Shown here one piece after another: positions 1-6,624 of a stretch of 46,186 bases of DNA; position 1 is the first letter of the stretch, and each line of letters opens with the position of its first letter. The stretch lies in IMG/VR virus record IMGVR_UViG_3300027909_000035; one strand, written 5' to 3'. A model generated the notes under the pieces. The model was not told the DNA's origin and did not search any database. It worked only from the letters and a program-made list of their open reading frames with translations. A program made the translations under genes and the position numbers. This DNA is from a virus.

Positions 1-325
1 ATTTTCAAGATTCTTAGCTGATTGGTCCAAATCGGACAGTCACTCTGCGTATTGTAAAGTCTGTTTACTATTGCATTTTTATTCGTGGAGTATTAGTTAA
101 GGCAATTAATTGTTGCTCTAAACTAACTCGGCGTGCATCCATCGCGGCCTATTTTCCCTGGTCAAATGCCTGGAAGCATTGTAAAGAACCCTTACTTTTT
201 GGTAAACAGAGTTAGTTTTATGCATAAACTAAAGAATATTATTCCATTTACTCTGAGTAATGTCACACTGAGTAGTCGCGGTCTAAAGTGGACAGTCGAA
301 TTAATTATTGTGATAATTCTCACAC

Positions 326-357
326 AAATAAATAACCCTCCGGCCGGAACCGAAGGG
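326..357 (-). terminator. Rho-independent terminator (mirror of 45830..45861)
   Basis: Exact TIR mirror of the right-arm terminator. Confidence 0.5.
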
Positions 358-375
358 CTATCTAATTGGTTGCTG

Positions 376-600
376 TCAATCAGTGGCGTACTCGTCTCCG
401 GTCAGCTCCACACCCAAGGGTACCCATTCAACGCGGACGTGTTGGTTTGAGTCCTGCCAGCGAAATAGGGTGCTCAAAACCGTTTGCAGGTCAGGGTTTT
501 CGCCGAGAGAAGCTGTTCGGTCTATCCAGGGGTCGCCTGCCTTGGGGTCGGTGCCCCTCGACAGAATACGCCAGTCCCCTTGCCTACCAGGGATTACCAT
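376..600 (-). CDS. Hypothetical small protein (74 aa), TIR copy
   Basis: Exact mirror of 45587..45811 (+). Confidence 0.5.
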   Translation of the reverse strand: MVIPGRQGDWRILSRGTDPKAGDPWIDRTASLGENPDLQTVLSTLFRWQDSNQHVRVEWVPLGVELTGDEYATD

Positions 601-839
601 GGTTGCTCCCATACAGTCTTATAGATTGGTTCCTGCACTTTGCATGCGCCACAACGGTTTTCGGGTGTCTCATCGCGTACGGTAGTGGCGAATTCCTGCA
701 CCGCATCACACGCTGTCTGATAAAAAGCATCCCCGAACCCATACCCATCCACCACCAGGTGAGTGATTATAGGAGCGTCGGGGGGATTAATTGCCCCTCT
801 GCGCCAGGTGCCCTGTTCCATCGGCTTACTTTGTGGCAT
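594..839 (-). CDS. Small Cys-containing protein, GTWRR...RCxxC paralog B, TIR copy
   Basis: Exact mirror of 45348..45593 (+). Confidence 0.55.
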   Translation of the reverse strand: MPQSKPMEQGTWRRGAINPPDAPIITHLVVDGYGFGDAFYQTACDAVQEFATTVRDETPENRCGACKVQEPIYKTVWEQPW

Positions 840-1071
840 GCTTCCCACCGTCCTTAATCGCCTTGTAACAGCCAGGGCAACGCGGTGCGACGTCGTCCGG
901 CGTGGTGTCGTTGGTAATGAATTCCCTTCCACACTCAGCCAGCCAGGCTAGCCCGTCATTGAGGATGGCTCGGACCTTGTGAGCAACGTTGGCGGTGCCT
1001 GGTGCTGGTTTAAAGCAGGCTGTGAGCAGTCGTCGCCAGGTGCCCAACCGAACCCCATTCATTTCGACCAT
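826..1071 (-). CDS. Small Cys-containing protein, GTWRR...RCxxC paralog A, TIR copy
   Basis: Exact mirror of 45116..45361 (+). Confidence 0.55.
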   Translation of the reverse strand: MVEMNGVRLGTWRRLLTACFKPAPGTANVAHKVRAILNDGLAWLAECGREFITNDTTPDDVAPRCPGCYKAIKDGGKHATK

Positions 1072-1298
1072 CGTTTCCTCAGTCCCTCGATCTTCTCTCG
1101 ACCTTGCAGGATGTCTGAGCAGAGCCTGCACTTAACGGCAGCGTTTCCATTGTGTGGCAACAGATCTGCCCTCTCTGCCGATAGATGACTACAGATGGAT
1201 GTGTGCCAAGGCCCAGTGTGGTCAGCGGTAATCTCCATGTAGTGGGAAATGGTTTCCCGATTCGGTGACTGGTAACCGGCCTTGTACATCCACATCAT
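1059..1298 (-). CDS. Hypothetical small Cys/His-containing protein (79 aa), TIR copy
   Basis: Exact mirror of 44889..45128 (+). Confidence 0.5.
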   Translation of the reverse strand: MMWMYKAGYQSPNRETISHYMEITADHTGPWHTSICSHLSAERADLLPHNGNAAVKCRLCSDILQGREKIEGLRKRWSK

Positions 1299-1453
1299 TT
1301 TCTCCACAGCTTGAGGGCACTGGAGGTCAGCATGTAGACAGCCCAGCATTCCTCTTTCCCTCCCCATGAGTCGAGTGGGTAGGCTCCGGCAACTGCCGGT
1401 GAACCTAGAGCTTTCCGTTGTGCGGCAAGCTTTCTGGCCTCTGTCTGAGTCAT
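1295..1453 (-). CDS. Hypothetical small protein (52 aa), TIR copy
   Basis: Exact mirror of 44734..44892 (+). Confidence 0.4.
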   Translation of the reverse strand: MTQTEARKLAAQRKALGSPAVAGAYPLDSWGGKEECWAVYMLTSSALKLWRK

Positions 1454-1454
1454 A

Positions 1455-1691
1455 TCATTTCCTGCCCTCTGGCGTTGCCGTAGGAGCGGGTTGCCTGCCG
1501 GTCTGAAGCCCTGGTGAGGGTATGGGGCAGGTGTTCAGGTTAGGGTCTTCCGAGTAGCGGCATGTGGTGTGCTGAGGGGAGCGCTCGGGGTGCGCATCCC
1601 GTGGGATGGGACAACCGGCCAACAGCATGAGTAGCACCAGGGCAAAGGCGTAGGCCAGCAGGCGCAGCGTGAGATTGCATCGGAAACTCAT
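1455..1691 (-). CDS. Putative lipoprotein (78 aa), TIR copy
   Basis: Exact mirror of 44496..44732 (+). Confidence 0.6.
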   Translation of the reverse strand: MSFRCNLTLRLLAYAFALVLLMLLAGCPIPRDAHPERSPQHTTCRYSEDPNLNTCPIPSPGLQTGRQPAPTATPEGRK

Positions 1692-1840
1692 TTCTCTTCC
1701 TCCTGTTTGGCATAGCTGAGCGTGAGCACCTTTCCAGGGCACCATTTCCCCTGGTAGTAGTGCCGGTAGGGGTTGTAGACCTCAGTGCGACCGCAGTGGT
1801 TGCACCAAAAGATGTTGAGCGTGGCAGGCGGGACCCTCAC
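1688..1840 (-). CDS. Hypothetical zinc-ribbon-like mini-protein (50 aa), TIR copy
   Basis: Exact mirror of 44347..44499 (+). Confidence 0.35.
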   Translation of the reverse strand: MRVPPATLNIFWCNHCGRTEVYNPYRHYYQGKWCPGKVLTLSYAKQEEEK

Positions 1841-2031
1841 GACAGCTCGACCACCTTGTAAGCAACGGTACGGTTATCCATGCCTCGCGTGATGGATATT
1901 TCCTGCCGTATGGCGTCAACGGTCCTGTTGAGGGTCTGAGCGTCCGTGACCATCCCCTGAAACACCCAACCGTCCGGCAGGAACTCAGCAGCTCCACCTT
2001 TGAACTTGACGAACAATGCCCAGACTTTCAT
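1837..2031 (-). CDS. Hypothetical small protein (64 aa), first gene of the TIR operon, TIR copy
   Basis: Exact mirror of 44156..44350 (+); listed in the ORF track. Confidence 0.6.
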   Translation of the reverse strand: MKVWALFVKFKGGAAEFLPDGWVFQGMVTDAQTLNRTVDAIRQEISITRGMDNRTVAYKVVELS

Positions 2032-2071
2032 GTTGACCTCTTCCTCTGGAAACCTATTACAACCTAGTACC

Positions 2072-2101
2072 AGACTAGGTGACGTAGCTTATTCCTGTCA
2101 A
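2072..2101 (-). promoter_or_regulatory. Candidate sigma70-type promoter of the outward TIR operon (mirror)
   Basis: Mirror of 44086..44115 (TTGACA-N18-TAGTCT). Confidence 0.35.
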
Positions 2102-2357
2102 TGGATGATTGACCTAGTATTTCTGGGTGTCCAATGTGGACCCAGATTTTAATAGTTCGCCTCTGTGGGGGAGGAGCGAAACATCGAAGATCATCACTGG
2201 ACTTTTTCATTTAAGTTTATTTATTATTGCGCGCGTGATCTTGCACTAATAGTAAAGAGAATTAATTGTTGCTCCCAACGAAATAAATTGAGATATATAT
2301 CACAATATATATTAATCTAGCCGAATACATTTCGCAGAGTTGATCTTGGGGTGAGAT

Positions 2358-2491
2358 GGGTGTGCCAGGTGAGCACTTCCATATTGCTAGGGAACCAACG
2401 CATAGATGAGTATCAATTGTGTTTGTTTACCTCGTATCTAGCAGTTTGGTTTGCCTCACCTGGCGCACCCTCTCTCACCCCGATAGATGGT
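2358..2491. repeat. Long imperfect inverted repeat / 134-nt hairpin (mirror of 43696..43829)
   Basis: TIR mirror of the right-arm element. Confidence 0.6.
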
Positions 2492-2569
2492 CATCAATAA
2501 AATAGGGTATTAAAAATGAGGGTGCTCGAAATGAACACCCTCAAATTCATAACCGTCAAATTACCCCCG

Positions 2570-2651
2570 TCATTTTCTAATTCTTATGCCGCGCCAACCC
2601 TGATACCCGTGCCGGAGCGAGGCGGGTACGGGACGCTCAAGAGCGGGGACC
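2570..2651 (-). pseudogene. Orphan copy of the last 82 nt (27 codons plus stop) of the primase-helicase gene
   Basis: Mirror of 43536..43617, which is the 3' end of the intact 41320..43617 gene. The left arm has no gene body upstream of 2651. Confidence 0.85.
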
Positions 2652-2680
2652 TTTACCGGTACCCGGACCCATCGGGGCAT

Positions 2681-2704
2681 AGAAAAGCCTCCCCGTAGGG
2701 AGGC
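2681..2704 (-). terminator. Rho-independent terminator of the leftward operon
   Basis: GCCTCCC-CGTA-GGGAGGC hairpin (2687..2704), followed on the minus strand by TTTTCT. It lies 6 nt downstream of the stop of 2710..2880 (-). Confidence 0.6.
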
Positions 2705-2709
2705 AATTA

Positions 2710-2880
2710 TTAGTCTTCAATTTCCGCCATATCCCATGGCGGTTTGTTCATTGCCGCTCGATGTGCCATATGGGTTTTAGTATGTTTGTCAGCGTATTCA
2801 GTCGGAGCAAGCACGCCGCGATTTACCGCTTCCTGATAGTAGTCTCGCCATGTCTCGATGAAATATTCTTCGCGTGTCAT
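2710..2880 (-). CDS. Hypothetical small protein (56 aa; MTREEYFIETWRDYY...)
   Basis: Hand-translated ATG..TAA ORF below the track cutoff. It starts 2 nt after the stop of 2882..3367 and has a terminator just downstream. Confidence 0.45.
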   Translation of the reverse strand: MTREEYFIETWRDYYQEAVNRGVLAPTEYADKHTKTHMAHRAAMNKPPWDMAEIED

Positions 2881-2881
2881 C

Positions 2882-3367
2882 TCACATCCCCTTCAGAGCG
2901 TCGCTGGCAAGCTGACCGGTATATGGGTGACGTACACAAACCCGCTCGCTGTTCATCAGGCTACCGCGCGTCTGACCCTTGCCGACAACCTCAAACCAGC
3001 TATCGTCACCCAACTGGTCAAGGCTGACAAGGCCAGGCTTGACATTATAATCCCAGACAGCCAAGCCATGTGTGATTGGGTGACCATCGGAAGTGTACCC
3101 GTTGAAGTGAGCTACCAGCACAGCACAACCCTTGTAGTGGAAGATTTTCGGAGTAGGGCATGTGCAACCCTCTTCCGCCTCCTCTTGCGCCACAAGCTTC
3201 ATCAGCTCGAAAGGTGCCTTGCCGCTCAGGGCTTTGCCGATATCTTCAAGGATTGCCTCCACAACCATGGCGTCAGTAATGGGATTGTTCATTTTCTTGG
3301 GAGCATCCATTAGCTTGTTCGCGAGGTCGAGTACTGCCTGAAGGTTGGCGCGATCTATCTTGTTCAT
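2882..3367 (-). CDS. Hypothetical protein (161 aa)
   Basis: ORF track. AGGGAG RBS about 6 nt upstream of the ATG. Preceded by the conserved 18-bp motif. Confidence 0.7.
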   Translation of the reverse strand: MNKIDRANLQAVLDLANKLMDAPKKMNNPITDAMVVEAILEDIGKALSGKAPFELMKLVAQEEAEEGCTCPTPKIFHYKGCAVLVAHFNGYTSDGHPITHGLAVWDYNVKPGLVSLDQLGDDSWFEVVGKGQTRGSLMNSERVCVRHPYTGQLASDALKGM

Positions 3368-3379
3368 TTTGATCTCCCT

Positions 3380-3397
3380 AATTGTAAAGAAAGTTTT
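3380..3397 (-). promoter_or_regulatory. Conserved 18-bp motif AAAACTTTCTTTACAATT (copy 1 of 3)
   Basis: Perfect 18-mer also at 6592..6609 (+) and 13857..13874 (+). It contains TACAAT (-10-like) and lies directly upstream of the RBS of 2882..3367. Confidence 0.55.
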
Positions 3398-3409
3398 ATT
3401 TTTGATTAG

Positions 3410-3443
3410 GCAGGGGGCACATCGTCGAGCGGTGCACCCCTGC
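3410..3443. terminator. GC-rich hairpin (11 bp with one bulged A), possible bidirectional terminator
   Basis: GCAGGGGGCAC...GTGCACCCCTGC. TTTTAT follows on the plus strand. It lies 10 nt downstream of the stop of 3454..3750 (-). Confidence 0.45.
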
Positions 3444-3453
3444 TTTTATGAAA

Positions 3454-3750
3454 TTAGATCGCTGCGTGACCGGCGTAGACGTTGCCCTGCAAGATTGCCC
3501 AGTGCATGACACGATTCCATTCCTCACTGTGCGTTGCGTAGTTGTCGCACTCAAGAATCATGTTTTCCCAACGGCTGATGGCAAGCCCCCAACGGCGTGT
3601 CCGGCCAAGAGGCTTCAGGTTGCGGATCGCCTTGACCACCTTGCCGACCGTGATCTCTGGCCGGACTTGGTAGTCGTTGTCAGGGTCGATCGCAAGGTCG
3701 GTGATCGCTCTAATAGCGTCGAAGCGCTTCTGCTGGGCTGCTGTTGTCAT
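3454..3750 (-). CDS. Hypothetical protein (98 aa)
   Basis: ORF track. Possible TTGACA-N18-TATTGT promoter upstream on the minus strand (about 3755..3790). Confidence 0.6.
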   Translation of the reverse strand: MTTAAQQKRFDAIRAITDLAIDPDNDYQVRPEITVGKVVKAIRNLKPLGRTRRWGLAISRWENMILECDNYATHSEEWNRVMHWAILQGNVYAGHAAI

Positions 3751-3796
3751 GAAGAGAACAATACGGTTCTGTGAGCGATATTGTCAAGCCAAATCT

Positions 3797-3829
3797 ATAA
3801 AAAAGAGAAACCCCCTGCTAGAGGGGGTT
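3797..3829 (-). terminator. Rho-independent terminator
   Basis: AACCCCCT/AGGGGGTT 8-bp stem (3809..3829), followed on the minus strand by TTTCTCTTTTT. It lies 5 nt downstream of 3835..4005 (-). Confidence 0.6.
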
Positions 3830-3834
3830 ATCTC

Positions 3835-4005
3835 CTAGAAGCCTTCTCCGTCTTCCTTGGCTATCCGTTGGAGGGTGGCTGTTATCTTGGCCAAAACCAC
3901 TTCCGGCCGTTTGCCTGCCTCCCCGATGTAGTCCAGTAGGTCTGTGGCGAGCTTCCAGCGCGCATACCTGGCGACCAACTGTGTACGGGTTTCCTTGGTG
4001 CCCAT
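3835..4005 (-). CDS. Hypothetical small protein (56 aa; MGTKETRTQLVARYARWK...)
   Basis: Hand-translated ORF. Its ATG overlaps the TGA of 4005..4271 (ATGA coupling). Confidence 0.45.
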   Translation of the reverse strand: MGTKETRTQLVARYARWKLATDLLDYIGEAGKRPEVVLAKITATLQRIAKEDGEGF

Positions 4006-4271
4006 CACTTACCTTTCTTCTCCTTCAGCACCCGAGGCTTCCTGAGTATCTGTCGTGGTAGAACGAAGATCTCTATACCGACGTCCCCGTGTAAAAGCTC
4101 TCCTGACTCATCGAATTTCATGTCCTTGGTCGAGTGCCCCTCTGCTCGTGCTATCGCCTCAGCGGCGAACTCAGCCTGGCTACGGGTGCCGTATATCTCA
4201 ACCTCACCCAGTCCCTGTTCACCAGCGACCACTAGCACGTAAACCAACTCCTGCACTCCCGCTCTAGGCAT
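4005..4271 (-). CDS. Hypothetical protein (88 aa)
   Basis: ORF track. Overlaps the neighbouring genes at both ends. Confidence 0.6.
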   Translation of the reverse strand: MPRAGVQELVYVLVVAGEQGLGEVEIYGTRSQAEFAAEAIARAEGHSTKDMKFDESGELLHGDVGIEIFVLPRQILRKPRVLKEKKGK

Positions 4272-4482
4272 CGTGCTTACCTCGCTTCCAGTTTTTGCCT
4301 CTGTACCACTTGGATACCTGCTTACGACTGAAGACCGGTGCCCCGCTGATATGGGTCAGGGGTTCCGGGAAATCCGTATACCTGGTGCGCCAATTGCTGA
4401 TAGTGGCCGGAATGACCTTGTACTTCTTGGCCAGATCCCCCACTCCAACCATGTCCACCAGTGCCCATTCCTTGAGTGGCAT
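4264..4482 (-). CDS. Helix-turn-helix DNA-binding protein (72 aa; MerR/excisionase-like HTH)
   Basis: ORF track. The segment VGDLAKKYKVIPATISNWRTRY resembles a short HTH of Xis/MerR type. Confidence 0.55.
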   Translation of the reverse strand: MPLKEWALVDMVGVGDLAKKYKVIPATISNWRTRYTDFPEPLTHISGAPVFSRKQVSKWYRGKNWKRGKHDA

Positions 4483-4634
4483 TAATTTTCCCTCTCTGAG
4501 TGTTGGTGCCCACCAAGCCGCTTGAGTGCTCTGATGAGCTGATCACGCCTGCCGAGCCTGGTTATCGAGCTAGCACCTATCGCTCTGGCGTACTCCCTCA
4601 GTTGCTTGAACGTCATGTTGTCCAAGGGGTTCAT
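4482..4634 (-). CDS. Small protein (50 aa) with a Rho-N/SAP-like motif
   Basis: Hand-translated: MNPLDNMTFKQLREYARAIGASSITRLGRRDQLIRALKRLG... TAATG overlap with the next gene. First gene of the leftward operon. Confidence 0.45.
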   Translation of the reverse strand: MNPLDNMTFKQLREYARAIGASSITRLGRRDQLIRALKRLGGHQHSEREN

Positions 4635-4757
4635 GCTCTGTCCTCTCTGAAGTTGTCAACGATCGAGCTTGTAACCACCGTACACACATCCCGTTCAAGA
4701 TCGCAAACGTTACTTTCAGAAGTTGGGAAAGCGCTTCCCACTCGATAAATTACTTTA

Positions 4758-4774
4758 AGTCATGTCCGTTTTGT
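4758..4774. promoter_or_regulatory. Operator-like repeat AGTCATGTCCGTTTTGT (copy 1)
   Basis: Identical 17-mer at 4903..4919. Both are preceded by AATTA(A)CTT(T)A. The ATGTCC core also occurs at 4792, 4832 and inverted at 4977. Confidence 0.5.
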
Positions 4775-4902
4775 GAAAACGATCTTGCGAAATGTCCGAA
4801 TATTATAAAAGTTTTGCTTCACAACTCGAAAATGTCCAAATTAAATAGATTTGAGGCTAGTACTTTCGTTCAAGAAAATACGTTCCGGGAATGAATTAAC
4901 TT

Positions 4903-4919
4903 AGTCATGTCCGTTTTGT
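4903..4919. promoter_or_regulatory. Operator-like repeat AGTCATGTCCGTTTTGT (copy 2)
   Basis: See copy 1. It lies in the divergent intergenic region. Confidence 0.5.
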
Positions 4920-5063
4920 AATATCTAAAGATCGCTAACTCTCTGAGTAAATTACTTTAGAGTTCCTATCAAAATAGGACATACTGGGTTCGTTTTGAAT
5001 AGCAATTCCGAGGCTAATCAAATTCGAATTGAATTGCCTTATGAATTCCCTGGTAAAAGGCTA

Positions 5064-5092
5064 TTGCAATTACTACTCACAGACCCTATTAT
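5064..5092 (+). promoter_or_regulatory. Candidate sigma70-type rightward promoter
   Basis: TTGCAA (5064..5069) - 17 nt - TATTAT (5087..5092). Confidence 0.45.
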
Positions 5093-5395
5093 CTTCTTCA
5101 TAAGTTAATAGCGCGCGAGCCACTCCGCACTGGAGAAATGGCTAGGGAAGTTAAGGAAGCGTCGCCGAGTAAAGATCCCGAATCGTAGTGCTGGCAAGTG
5201 CCAGTGAATTAGAACTTGCGAGATATGGGCAGTGATACGGCGCGGTACCGGAAACGAAGCCCCTAGTGCACACCAGGAACCCGAGAGGGTTTGGCCGAGA
5301 AAACCTAGATCGCGGCAAACAGCAACATCCCCCAACAAAAGCTATTGCTTTGCACCTAAAACCTTCCCTGCACCAAACGTCCTAAGGAGACGGAA

Positions 5396-5977
5396 ATGAA
5401 CACTGCCAAGCTCATCACCAAGGCCTACTTCTTCGGCGCACTGTCCATCAGCTTCACGCACATCATCACCTCTGCTCACAAGATGGGCGGCGAGGGTTAC
5501 GAGCCATACATCGCGCCTTTCATGGTGGATGGCGTTGCCCTGCTGGGCATGCACATGCGGAACGAGAAATATGACGACCGTACCAACAAGATCGGTCTGT
5601 GGGCGCAGAGCACTGCTGGCCTGCTCTCGCTGGCCATGAACGTTCACGCCGCACACAGCCTCTTCGGAATGCTGCTGGGCATCGGCGTTGTGGTGCTCTT
5701 CCTGGTCACTGAGTGGATGGCCGGAAACATCAGGCTCCGCACGGATAGCGAGGCTGAGAAAGCCAAGGCTGCCAGTGCTGCCGCTGCCGCTCAGGCACAG
5801 GCGATCATCGACGCTGCCAACGCTTGGATGAGCGCTTGCACTCACCCGACCAAGTGTGACAGTGCCGACCGCTGCCAGACCAAGCGGGATGCTGCCGCGA
5901 AGCGCGCCAAGACGAACAAGCGCAACGCTCGCAAGGTTGCCGCTGAGAAGCGGGTACTTGAGGGAATGATGAACTGA
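5396..5977 (+). CDS. Membrane protein, DUF2637-like (193 aa)
   Basis: AAGGAGA RBS. Several hydrophobic helices, an APFMVDGVALLG motif, and an Ala/Lys-rich C-terminal tail. Confidence 0.7.
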   Translation: MNTAKLITKAYFFGALSISFTHIITSAHKMGGEGYEPYIAPFMVDGVALLGMHMRNEKYDDRTNKIGLWAQSTAGLLSLAMNVHAAHSLFGMLLGIGVVVLFLVTEWMAGNIRLRTDSEAEKAKAASAAAAAQAQAIIDAANAWMSACTHPTKCDSADRCQTKRDAAAKRAKTNKRNARKVAAEKRVLEGMMN

Positions 5978-5992
5978 GGCTGAAAGGAATTA

Positions 5993-6023
5993 CCCCCTGG
6001 ATTCGTCCGGGGGGTTTTTCTTT
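5993..6023 (+). terminator. Rho-independent terminator
   Basis: CCCCCTGG...CCGGGGGG stem followed by TTTTTCTTT. Confidence 0.65.
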
Positions 6024-6103
6024 GCCCTCATCTGGGAGCGCTCCCATGGCTTGCCCTAATCAAGGCTTCCAAGAGGACGATCGACAATTGATGTTGGTCT
6101 GAA

Positions 6104-6577
6104 ATGGCCTGTACACTCCCCGCCATGCCGAAGAAGAAAGCCAAGGGTGCGAGTGCGGCAAATCTTGAGTTGATTACTGCTATTGCCAGTCGTCAATGGA
6201 CCGCCAAGGAACTATCAAAGATTTTCAATATGAGCGTGCCGGAGCTAAAGGTATTCGTTGAAGCACATCTTGATCGAATTGAGGAAGCCAGGGAGGTTTA
6301 CGATGCGCTTGAGGCTGAGGCGCCTGCCGACATCGGCGAGCTATGGATAGCGCAGAAGCTAGAGCGTCTGAGAAGGCTTCAGAGCGTCGCAGAGGTACTT
6401 TACGAGGGTGCCATAAGGACATACGACGCTACGATCCTCAGGGAGCTTAGAAGCTATCTAGCGCTCGCCTCCAATGAGCTTGGCCAACTGATGCACAGAG
6501 GGTCCGGCGAAAACGCCGATGGCGCGGTAGCAAATTACTTGATCGATGGTGTGGACGTGAACGCGGATCTTAAATAA
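6104..6577 (+). CDS. Putative terminase small subunit / HTH DNA-binding protein
   Basis: ORF track (alternative start 6125, MPKKKAKG). N-terminal HTH-like segment WTAKELSKIFNMSVPELKVF plus a helical region. Sits upstream of the large terminase. Confidence 0.45.
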   Translation: MACTLPAMPKKKAKGASAANLELITAIASRQWTAKELSKIFNMSVPELKVFVEAHLDRIEEAREVYDALEAEAPADIGELWIAQKLERLRRLQSVAEVLYEGAIRTYDATILRELRSYLALASNELGQLMHRGSGENADGAVANYLIDGVDVNADLK

Positions 6578-6591
6578 AATTAACTGTAAAT

Positions 6592-6609
6592 AAAACTTTC
6601 TTTACAATT
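6592..6609 (+). promoter_or_regulatory. Conserved 18-bp motif AAAACTTTCTTTACAATT (copy 2 of 3)
   Basis: Perfect copy 15 nt upstream of ATG 6625. Confidence 0.55.
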
Positions 6610-6624
6610 TCCGGAGTGGACCTA

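Larger units (their letters stand above)
1..2651. repeat. Left terminal inverted repeat (TIR-L), 2,651 bp
   Basis: Bases 1.. are the exact reverse complement of ..46186 (checked by eye for the outer ~150 nt and at the inner junction). All ORF-track translations in 133..2650 recur identically on the opposite strand at x -> 46187-x. The match ends after gagcggggacc (2641..2651). Confidence 0.95.

Noticed and set aside
133-450. 105-aa ORF (mirror 45737..46054) running through the AT-rich terminal region
   Set aside because: It has a GTG start and no RBS. It crosses the operon terminator and the motif-rich non-coding terminus, overlaps the end of the outward operon on the opposite strand, and has an odd composition. 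It is most likely a chance ORF.
2252-2265. 14-nt identity GTAAAGAGAATTAA between the TIR (2252..2265) and the start of the gene at 6628..6641
   Set aside because: My rough estimate is that several 14-mer matches are expected by chance in a 46-kb sequence when both strands are compared. The flanks do not extend the match.
2516-2698. 60-aa ORF (and the 83-aa ORF 43420..43671 on the other arm) spanning the TIR inner boundary
   Set aside because: The two versions share an N-terminus only because of the repeat and diverge at the junction. The right-hand one is antisense to the primase-helicase 3' end. There is no RBS. Judged spurious.
5105-5338. 77-aa minus-strand ORF and a 16-codon plus-strand ORF (5138..) in the long leader
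   Set aside because: Neither has a credible RBS or spacing. The minus ORF would be transcribed against both flanking promoters. The region is treated as non-coding leader instead.
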